Of a DNA stretch of 64,000 nucleotides, positions 14,201 to 26,200 are shown piece after piece. A model generated the notes under the pieces. The model saw only the letters and a list, made by a program, of their open reading frames with translations. It made no database searches and was not told the origin of the DNA. The stretch spans positions 115,258,001 to 115,322,000 of the forward strand of contig NC_042999.1 in assembly GCF_006345805.1 (NCBI RefSeq). Reading direction: 5' to 3'. This DNA is from Octopus sinensis. Lineage: Eukaryota. Position 1 is the stretch's first letter. The number at the start of each line of letters is the position of its first letter. A program made the translations under genes and the position numbers.

Positions 14201-17200
14201 ATTATCTGTTCTCTGAGTTAAATTTCTGCTGAGGCTAACTTTGTTTTCAATTCCATCCTGTAACTGGAGGAAGAAAGATAAAATTGCCATCCTTAAAGGG
14301 ATATAACCAAACGTTAGAAAGTATTTTCTCAATCGCTCTACTGATACTACCATCTATTTTCCAAAGCTATAGGTTTCAGAAACCATTAATCTGTAGTCTG
14401 AATTACAAATTGTTTTTAATATTTTTCTGTTTCTGTATTTTAGTATTTTCAGGAAAAGCCAGAGAGATCTTGCCATTTCTATGTTAACTGAACTTTCAAA
14501 ATCTGCTGCTACAACATATCAGCAATGCTTTTATCTCTATGAACTTGCCCAACTTTTGTGGCTGAATACTCAAAAAGATGGAAAGTAAGACTTCTTTAGG
14601 TTTCTACTCATTATTTTTGTAATATATGTACTTCTGGGTGGTGTGGTTAAAAAATTTACTTTAACACCACATGCTTTAGGGTTCACTCCCATTGCACAGA
14701 CCCTATCAACTTGTGTCTTCTACTATAACTGCAAGTTGACCAGTGCCTTATAAATGACAGAAACTGGAAGAAGCTTGTTGTATATATATAAATACATATC
14801 ATCATCAATATTTAACATTGAAGACAAATAAAATACACACAGACACACACACACACACATCCATTCATCTATCTATCTATCTCGATATATATATATATAT
14901 ATATATAGGTTTGATTATTTATGTTAGTTGGCTGTGTATATAATTTTTCTTTTGTTGTTTGTAAAGGTAAACATTGGAGTAGTTGAGTTTTATTGATAAA
15001 TAAGATATTTCAGTTTTGTTTGAGTTTTTAAAATGTTATTTATACTCAATTTCTTTTATTGTAAAAGATTTAAGTAAGGATATTGTGAGAGGATTACAAC
15101 TGGACACTCTTTTTATTCTTGCTGCTGCTATTAATGGGCTTCTTTTAGTTTCCATCTATCAAATCCACTCAAAAAGCTTTAGTTGGCCTGCAGCTACAGT
15201 ACAGGACACTTGCCTAAGGTACCACACAGTAGGACTGAACCTAGAATCATGTGGTTGAATTTAAACTTCTCAAGCACATGACTATTACATGCTATAATGA
15301 AATCATCTATCTAAATAAAACCGATTAGAGAAATTAAACTTTTAAATGTTAACGGTCCTTAAAAGTGTCCACTTGCTTGGTTAATAGAAATGTAGAATAA
15401 AATTGATCACATCATATGTTAGGTGATGTAATATGTAATTAACCTTTCTTTCTTTTTGTTAAAGTAATGGGCAGCAAATCAATAGAGTTGTTAGCATGTA
15501 CATTAGAGTGCCTTTCAGTGTTCTTTTTGACACTGGGTGCTCTGAATTCAACTTTGCCTTTCATCCTTTTGGGTTGATAAATAATGTGGATTTGTAAAAC
15601 TTCAAGAATTTTGGACTTGATGCCTTGTGATATTTGTTCTGATTTGAAATTTTGGGTGGTAGACTTGATCCTTCACCCAGTTTAACATCACATCCTCACA
15701 CCTCAGGATCCTTCCTTCCACTTCTAAGCTAGTTCAGCAACTCTGAAGGGCCATGAGCACTACCTTCCCTCCCAATTAAAAAAATGCCTGATTTGAGTTT
15801 ACAGAGACTTGAAATCCCAAATAGTCTAATTGCTAATCACGTACTCTCATAAATTTAGCTTTAACCCTTTTGATACCAACTTGTCTGAGACTGCACTTGG
15901 TTCTTTGATACAAACTCTCTGTTTTAAAGTGATTGAAGTTAAAACTTTCTCTCAAAGTTTCATGTTAATTGCTGTTCTAAGCACCAGCTTAATAATGACT
16001 GAATCAATTATTAAATTCTTCATTATTTTCAAAATTAATTGGAACAAAAGAAATATAGTAATGAAAGGGTTAATTCAAAGCAAAGAGGAATTAATAGTAG
16101 GACTATTAACTCCTCTTAACATCCTATAGAAAATTTTGTAAGTAAAAAGTTGACCCAATCCCATTATGATTCTATTACAGAACAGAAATGAATGTTAGAA
16201 GAAGAGGTTATAGTCTTTTAGATTAATGAGTTCCTCATTACTTTCAAAATCATATGATTCTTGTGATATTGTGCATTTCAGGACTGGCTGACTGATGTAG
16301 TCTTATGTGGAATTGTATTGTTTGAGAAATTAAGTGTTAGTGTTGTCATGTACAAAATGGATTGTGTTACAGATTAGATTATAAACTATGTATATGATGT
16401 TGTTATAAGACAGAGAAATGTATTGTTTTGTTTGTCCCCTGATAGAAACAAAAGTTAAGTTGGTGTGAAATATGAAAGTTTTGTGCCCTTTAAAACTCAT
16501 AAACATACACAAGTGGTTCATGCATTTTGTACACATTCTGTGATCAATGTGATCAAGAGTCATAAATTGAAATTTGATACCCATACCCACTATAGCTATG
16601 TTTTTTTACCTTTACTCAGATGCGGTAAAGATTACCTTCTTGAAGCTATTGAATTGATGACGCCACTGTTTCCATCTGCTTCCTCAAAGGAGAAAATTCT
16701 GTTTGGTCAAGCTAATCTTTTACTTTATATATTTGAACATGAAGACTTCTGCCAAAAGGTTATTGTCACATTCAATTTTTTATTCAGTTAACAAAAAAAA
16801 AAAAAAAAAATTTCTTTTTATCTTTTTAGATATTAAATGTCAGTTATTTTAATTTTATATTTTGTAATAAAAGAATAATTACTCAAATACTGAACATACA
16901 TAAGGAGTTACAATTCTTCTTTTTCTTTTAATTAAGAATTATTTTATGAATGAGTTACACTCTTATATGAAATGTTTAACCTAAACTCTTTGTGTAGAAA
17001 TTATTATCCGTTTCGGTGGCACGTAAAAAGCACCATCCAAATGTGGCCGATACCAGCACCACCTTGACTGGCTTCTGTGCCGGTGGCATGTAAAAAACAC
17101 CAACCGATCGTGGCCATTGCCAGCTTGCCCTGGCACTTATGCCAGTGGCATGTAAAAAGCACCTGCTACACTCACAGAGTGGAAGGGCATCCAGCTGTAG

Positions 17201-20200
17201 AAACACTGCAAGATCATACTGGAGTCTGGTGCAGCCTTCTGGCTTCCCAGACCATGGTTGAACCCTCCAACCCATACTAGCATGGAAAACGGATGTTAAA
17301 TGATGATGATTAATAGGGCATTGGATGATTGACAGAATTGTTAGAGCAGTGGACAATATGCCTTACAGTATTTATTCCAGTTTTTATGATCTGAGTTCAA
17401 ATCTCACCAAAGTTGACTTTGCATGTATGTGTTATGTTCTAGGATCAGTTTAATCATCTATCACCCTCGCATTTAATTTCTGGCCTTGTGCCTATGTTAG
17501 AAATAATTGTTATAATTATTACAAGTAGATTGGTAGAATCATTAAAGTGTCAATAAACACCCTACCCCCAAAACTGCTAGTTTTGTGCCTTTACTGGAAA
17601 TTACTATTATAACAAGATAAGGTTGGTGGATGGCAGAAATAGTAGAGATGGACAAAATGCATTGTAGTATCTAGATACCACACTTTATGTTCTGAGTTCA
17701 AATCTTGCTTAGATCCACTTTGCCTTTTATATTCCAGTGTCAATAAAATAACTACTAGCTGAGCGAACAAAGGATCATCTGTTTATTTTCTCAATATGTT
17801 AGATATAGTAACTAACTTTCCTTTTAAGTCACACCCTACCATCGTAAATAGGGACATGACGTATTGGGTCTCTTAGAACAAATGGGATTATCATGATTGC
17901 TAATTCTTTGCTTATAGGATTGATCTGGGGCTAAATAATAACTAATAACTATCAGTCAAGTACTAGAGAGAGTATAATTAATTATACCCTGTACTTGTTT
18001 TCTTAAATTGTATGTTGAATTGGAAAATATTTTCACTGTTGTGTCTTATTAAAAGATTGGTCATCATTGTCTTAATTTTACATCTGTTTTTCCAAGCTGG
18101 CATCTGTGGGATGGGTTCGTTCTACTCAGCACCATTTTACTTGTAAAGACCCCTCATCATCTCTTTTGTGAGGCCTAGTATTCGTAGATCAAACCTTGTC
18201 ACTAAGTTGATGAGGTTTGATTACATCTTGTATATGCTCTTTCCACTTTCATCATTTATGTTAGTTGGCTGTGTATATAATTTTTCTTTTGTTGTTTGTA
18301 AAGATAAACATTAGATTAGTTGAGTTTTATTGATAAATAAGATATTTCAGTTTTGTTTGAGTTTTTAAAACGTTATTTATACTCAATTTCTTTTATTGTA
18401 AAAGATTTAAGTAAGGATATTGTGAGAGGGTTACAACTGGATACTCTTCTTTCCTTTACTGCTGTTATTAAATGCTTGTAATTATGAATTTAAAATTTTC
18501 TTTATTTCTATTCTTCAAAGAGTCCATATGAACCTGAATTAGTGTTTTTTTTAACTTTCAGTGTGCTAAAGGTTTCAAATCTGATGATGAAAATATTGAC
18601 TTGGACAAGGTTTCGGAAGAGAATCAATTTCAGCTTAGTCTAAAGAGGGAATTTGATCTAATGGAGAAACTGGAATTATTTTTGGAAATATTCGAGAAAT
18701 TATTTGATGATAAGAAGACATTTGATGACATGCCAGCTATACAAATTACACAAATTCTGCAAACTCTTCTTCTTGCCAATTCTATCTACACCTTGACTCT
18801 CAAGGTAAGATCTACATACATATGTATGCAAAGGTAACACACTTGGTCGTGTTAACAAAGGGGTGTGGGTTCAACTCTTATGCGGATAGGAAAGCTTTCT
18901 TTTTTCTGTCGAGGGCTTATATGCCCCTTTATTAGACTATTTTCCTTAGTCATTGCATGGTGATTGCCATAAGCTTTAAGCTTATATAAAAGTACCATTA
19001 TTATTACTTACAGGATTGTAAATCATAGCGCCATAATAAAAAACCATTTGCACTGAAAGCATGTATATATATATATATATATATATACTCACACACACAC
19101 ATGCACACACACTCACGCACATGGTGTGTGTGTGTGTGTGTGTGTATTTTAGTCAGTCAAATTCCAACAAAGTTTGATTTTCATATTTTTGTATTTTTTA
19201 CAATTTTACAATATTACATATTACAATAATATGAGTACTTTCATGCTTTTTGTAATCTTCAGGTTTATACAGTAACAGTTTTTAAAAGACAGTTGTGCTT
19301 CATGACAACTTATCAGTTGTGAAGCACAACTGTCTGTTAAAACTGTCATTGCATAAGTAAGAAAGTACTTGTATTATTGTAAAATTGTAAAAAACACAAA
19401 AATGAAATGTAAAAATCAGATATGTTGGAATTTGATTGACTACTATATTTATCTATACACACCATCATCATCATCATCATCATTTAATATCAGTCTTCCA
19501 TGCTAGCATTGGTTGGGCAGTTTGGCAGATAGGAAGCTGCGGAGCTGTACCAGGCTCTGATTGTTTTGGCATGGTTTCTATGTCTGGATGTTCTTCCTAA
19601 TGCCACTTTGTTGTGTGTGTGCTGGGTGCTTTTTACATGACACCAGCATAGGTACTTTTTATGTGGCACCAGCACCAGTGGGGTCGCCAAGCAGCTTTTA
19701 AAACGTGTTTGTCATCTCATTTTACACCTGTTCTTCTATAATTCTTGAATTCACATACCCAATTCTGTGTTATTGATGATATTGTTTTGTAACTGGATAC
19801 TTTATATGGCACCACTCATTCTGTTACAAAATTACTATCCATTTTACAACTGAGATAAGTAAAATAATTTACTTTTCTTAAAACACTATAATATTCACTT
19901 GAGTGCAGTGCAATCTTGTAATATAATGTGATACTTCTCCTACAACTTGCACTTCAAATCAGTGGCATAATTTATCCTTATGTTTTTTTACTTTTTACAC
20001 TCATATATAATGGTAACTTATTTTGACTAATGTTTGGTATTTAATTTCTTCTATTGTATACATGTAAATATTGTATTATGTGCTACTCCTTCATTCAAAG
20101 AACTGTTATTCTGGGGGACTACATGTAGTCTTTTATGTTCCTGCTGTACAGTAACCTTTTAAGCTTGCCTTAATTGAGTCAGTTTTACCTGTCTCTCTAT

Positions 20201-23200
20201 AATCTTCCTGAAACAAAATGTCCAAATGTCAGTGCTGTCAGTGCTATAATAATTATCTAAAAACAATAAACATTGTTACTGCATTTTTTTTTTATTATTA
20301 AAAAATTGAAAGAATTGATTTAAAAAACTCAACCAGCTTATTTTCAACCTACATCTTTTCTTTTCTTATTTCTAGCCCCTGCATTCACTTCGTATATTGA
20401 CAGTTGCTCTGCAACTAGTTAATTTATCAGCTAATGTATCTGTTGAGCTGCGCCATAAAATCATTTTGCACCTTTGTAGTACTCTTTCTTCTTTTGGTGC
20501 TGTGGAAGCAGCATGGTCTATATTAAATGCTATGTCTGATCCTGCATCAGATGCCAGTAAAACTGCTAATATCAACAGTGAGGATTCTGAAACTATGAGT
20601 TCACTTTTAAAGATGCTTACTCATGTAGAATTATTTTTGAAACAAAAGCAGGTATGGATAATTTTCATATTTTTATTCTTGTCTTTTCCAAAGTGGTATT
20701 ACTACATATTAGAATCAATCTTCTTTAAAGCTTGATTGCTCTTATTTGCAGAATTCTTGATAAAAAATAGTTGCATGTTCGCAAAAATACTGGATTATGG
20801 TAAATTAGATTTTCTAAATGTTGATGTTTGTTAATATAATTTATTAATGTATCAAGTCTGTTGTGTGTAAATCATACATGATAGCATACATTATAAATTT
20901 ATGCTTTTATTTATGTATTAGGGTGTTTGGAAAGTAATTACAGTTTTTCACCACTATGAAATATGAATCGACCAACCACAGAGTCATGGTCGAATGGGTG
21001 AGAACTGTCTAGAAATAGTATATCATCTCTTCTATCTGGCAGTGTGTCATTCATAGTTATCTTGGTAATTAACCCTATGGGGGATAAGAACTTTATGAAC
21101 CAACACATTTTCCATTGCTTACTGTATGAGTTTTGAAAGAAAAGTACTGCTACAAAAGCAATGAAAAGCATTTTTGAAGTTTATCCAGATGCATTGAAAG
21201 CTTGTACATGTCAGCTGTGGTTTGAAAGGTTTAAAGATGTCGCTTGTGACATATCTGACAAGCCTCACTCTGGAAGATGACCTTTTGAATGAGACTATTG
21301 TATTGGATCCATGTTAAAGCTCCAGAGATTTGACTTAAAAATTTAATGTGTCATCTCCAACTATCCATAAACATCTCAAGCAAGTTGGGAAAACATGCAA
21401 AGAGGGATTTTGGGTTCCACATGAGCTTACGCTTGAGAACTGAACACAACATTCTACCATCTGCAGCAGTCTTCTAATCAGGAATAACAACCTGTCATTT
21501 CTGCAGTGCACTGATACAGGTAACAAAAAATGGGTTTTGCATCACATCCGTTATGAGCTACTGGAACATGGAAGGACCATCAATGCAGATATCTATTACC
21601 AAAAACTTGATCGTGTAAATAAAAAATTATGTCGGAAGAGACCAGCTCCAGTAAATAGAAAAGGTGTTATTCTCCAGCATGATAATCATGACCACACTCT
21701 TCAAAACAAACTCAAGAAAGTATAAGATCACTACGATGGGAAGTTCTTCCACATTCTCCATACTCACTTTACTTAGCACCTATAGATTTCCTTCTTTTCC
21801 AATCACTAGAACATTTTATAAGAGGCAAAACATTCAGAAACAGGGGGGAGGTTGAAAACAGTCTTTTGGATTTTTTCTTCAGAAAGAGAAATAGGTTTCT
21901 GTGAACATGGCATAAAAAAGTCATTTTCCTGTTGGGCTGTAGTCATTGAAAATGATGGTGATTACATTCTTGATTAAAACTATTGAGATAAACGTAGTTT
22001 ACATTCGTTTTTATATCCTTTCTAGAAAACACAATTACTTTCTGAACACCCTAATATATATATAAATATTATCGCATTCTGAATAGCATTCTAAAATATC
22101 TTCTGCTTTCAGTTTACCAAGGGTATTGAACTAAATCAAAAGGTTGCGTCTCATGAAATCTTCCAAACAAACAAAACCAAACTTGCTTGTGCCATTCTAG
22201 GATTTTCTAAACGTCTTTTGTCAAAGCTGAAACTTGTGCCTGCTACAAATAGTGATTGCTCTGATAACAGCTATTCCTATGATGAGTCACCTCTAGAATT
22301 TGCTTATGAATCTGTGAGAATGTATTCAACCATAGTGCAGTACCTCAATAAACCGAATAACGTTGATTCATATACCTGTGCTCCATTTGCTGATATAGGT
22401 ATGAGATACTTAATTGTATTTGTACTTCCTAATGTTTTTTTACATGTTTGTTTTGGAATTATTAAAAAAAATTTTTGTTTTTATGTTCATCAGTTTTGAC
22501 AATTATCAACTTTCATAAATGCCGTTAAATTTCCCAATTACTACAGTTGGCTGTAGAACCTGATAATAGTTGATAAATAAGTAATACTATGTTTAAAGTA
22601 TACCCCACTCTTTTTTCCTTTCCTTAACAGAAGAATTATTTGATTCCATATTAACCAATAAGTTAATGAATAAAAACAAATAAATTTACCTTACCTGTTT
22701 GGTCAATATTTGATTGTATTTTTCCCTACTAACTATTATAGCCATTAATATATTGAAAGCTGTTGTGCTGTTTTGTACAAATGTGTGTGTCAGTATGTTT
22801 CTATTGAATTTCTTATTTTTGTTTTGCATAGAGTTGATTTCATTTTCTTTTTTTTGATATAACTTTGGAGTTAGGCTGTGTCCCTATATTGAAATATCTT
22901 GCTAAAAAGGCCAGTAGATGTGGGGATAAAATAAAATTGTTTTGTTAAATAATTTGGACTATCTAACTTTAAGCAAGTACTGTATTTGATAGTCTACAAG
23001 GTGCACGAGTGAATAGGATGCACCCTAGCCTAGACTATACTTTTGTAAAATAAATTATCTCTAAAATAATGTTTTAATTCCTCCACTTACCTGTATAACT
23101 TTGTTATTACCAGTAATTATGAGCAATTTATTGCATCTACATTCGATATAAACATACCGTAGGCTAGGCTACATCTACCTGATCTCTGATGTATAATTTT

Positions 23201-26200
23201 GGCCAACAGTTGCAAGTTTCGAACCTATATTGAGTGCATTGGATGCAGGGGGACTTTTTAGGCCATTTTGGGGTAAAAGGGGTGTGTCTTATAGGCCATC
23301 AAATATGGTAAATAGCACCTAATTTATTTTTGTATGGATATACTGAAGTGGTGCACACTATTTCAGTTCTTTTCAACAATTTAATTTTGATCATCTTCCA
23401 ATTTTAAAATAATTTAACCATTTTGTCAAGTAAATTTGTCCAGGTAATCATCATTCCAGTCAAGATTAAACACCAAACTAATGAAGTACAATTAAAACCT
23501 GTGTGATTGTTCTTTATCTCTACCAAAATCTCTCTAAAGAATCACAAGGGTGAATGCGATTTATTTTTACTAACATCATATATTTGCAACCAGCATTTTA
23601 TTTAGTGTACTATTTTTATCATCCTCCTCCATTTCTTTACAGCTAAAGCTATCTCAAATTGTATTTCAGGCTGTAGTTGGGCTGGAAGCTTTGATGCCCT
23701 TGAAAAATGGGAACTTGTTTCGAATCTGTTGGAATCTCTTCTTCATTTAAGTCTAATTTACTGTTATGTTGGTGATGAGAGAGAAGCTAAGTGTTTCATC
23801 AAAGAAGGAATAAAACTGTCTTATATTCTGGCATTACCAAGATGGTAAGTTTTCTTCTTTTTTTTTGAAAAAAAAATTAAGGATTAACTGAGATTTTAGT
23901 TTAAGGTGTTTGTCTATTAGCACAGATTATGAACTGAAGTCTTGATGCAGCTATTTTTTGTACTTTTAGAAAGGAAAGGTTATTCTGTTTCAGCGATAAC
24001 AAGTTCAGTCTTCAGTCATTTTAACAACCAGTAAATGACTTAAATTTAAAAATAGTTGTTATGGTCATAATGATTATCCTCATCATGATCAGATCATCTT
24101 TATAATATTTCTCTTCCTCATAATCTTCATATTCCTTATAATTCTCATCATGATCGTGATCATCAACCTCATCGTAATCATAACCCAACAATGGCATTCT
24201 TCAATACCTCGAATCTCTCGTTCTCAGTGATCATGGGCTTCCACATTTCCAGACCTACTGCAGATCTACTCTTTTATGTCCCTCACCTGTAGGTTTTTGC
24301 TTTAGAGAAGTTTGGTGAAGGTACTGTTGTTGTTTTAGATACAGCAAAGCTATTGACCATATCTGTGGCCAGAAAATCTCCTATCAAAACTTCTTACTTA
24401 TGGGGTTCATCTATTTTTCATCTGGAGTTCTTTCTGCCCCACTCTCAAGCAACTCTGGTGTTCCCTCCTGTTTTGTCCATAACTCTCTTCCTTCTGTACA
24501 TCAATGATCTACTTGCTGTTACTTCCAGTAATACCTACTTTATGAAGACGATAAAACTCTTAATTTTTCCCTAACTTTTCCTACCTATGCATTATCCTCT
24601 TGTAACAGAGATTTTGAGAGATTCCTTCAGTGAATCTATGCCAACCTTATCCCTTTTAACTAAAAAAAAAAAAAAAAGCTTGAACACTGTTTGTAGCAAG
24701 AAAACGTCACCATATCACACTCATCTTAAATAGAGCAGCACTTAAAACCCTCCAATTACTGGGCCTCGGCTTCACCGAGGACCTCTTATGGTGAAAGCAC
24801 AAGATCCTTATCAAGGGCTAGAGAATACTTTAGTCCTTAACAACCTTGGATACTGTACAAGGAAAAAGTGAAGTCCCCCCCACCTCCCATGAAAGATTAC
24901 TACCCCTATAACTGCGATAGTGCTATTGTAATGGAATCATCATTATCATCACATCCACTTATCCAGGCTTGCATGGGCTGGGTGGAATTTTTTAAAACCA
25001 GCTGTCTACATTCACATACCCTTCTTGTTTTCACAGAAGATTGAGAACAAAAGACACCACTTGCATAATGATGACATTCGTTTACAACAGTCACGAGGTG
25101 AAAAGACAAAGAGACAGTAACACAGATGCATACATACATATTTATATATATGATGGGTTTTTTTCAGTTTCCATCTACCAAATCCATTTACAAGGTTTTG
25201 ACCAGTCAGGGGCTATAATAGAAGACACTTGCTCAAAGTGCCATGAAGTGGGACTGAAAATAAAATGGTATAGTTGGGAAGCAAACGTCCTCCTACATAG
25301 CTACTGCTGCTGCTTCTATTTTTCCCATTGCTGAATTGGGTTCGGTAGATCTGCCATTCTTTTTTCAGCTGGTGTTATATTGTGTCATGTAGCTTGTCTT
25401 TTATTGAATGATGTCATCTGTTGCTATTGGTATACAATAGACGGTGCTAGTATAGTATGCGGTCTACCATGTTGTCAAACAGTATAGCCAGGGTTATCTA
25501 CCTTAAGCGTTCAGTTTGTAAAGGAAACCAATTTTTCCATTATACGGACATTTACAACAAATTAAACTGCAAGCTGAGCCTGAATGAAATTTTAGAACTA
25601 ATATTTTTCTTTGTTCTGTATATACCCATGACCACAGCAGTGACACTAACAGGAAAATCTAAAAATACAGGAACTAACTGGTACAATATGTGCTACGAGG
25701 TGTGTGGAGCCATAGTTTATCATGTACGACGAGGGAAGATGGTTGAAACAAACGATAACCCCATTCAGATCAACGAAGCAAGATTTACTGGTTGACGAAA
25801 ATACAATTGAGGAAGAATGCTGAATGGCGACAACACTCCTCTCTCTGAAGACAGTGATGCAGAACAACGAAACAACAGGAACCATGGACGTAGAACTGAT
25901 TGGCCATGGGTTTTTGGTCTCAAACAAGGCTCAGACTGTCGATACTATTGTGTGGAACGGCATGATGGGAACAGTCTGGTCCCAATTATCGAAAGAAAAT
26001 GTGTAAGAAGTTCACTAATTCATTCAGATGAGTGGCCCGCTTATAATAATTTAAATGCTATAGGTTATTACCATCTGACAGTGAGCCATCAACTACATTG
26101 TGTTAATCCAGTGACCGGAGCATACACTGTAGCCATTGAGTAATCATGGTTAGATGCTAAAACTATGATTCTGACAAAAATGATCTTTGAAATATCTGAA

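Noticed and set aside
25457-26143. Bacterial IS1595 contamination
   Set aside because: It is embedded with a TSD in a phase-consistent eukaryotic intron and is decayed, which fits a resident Merlin element.
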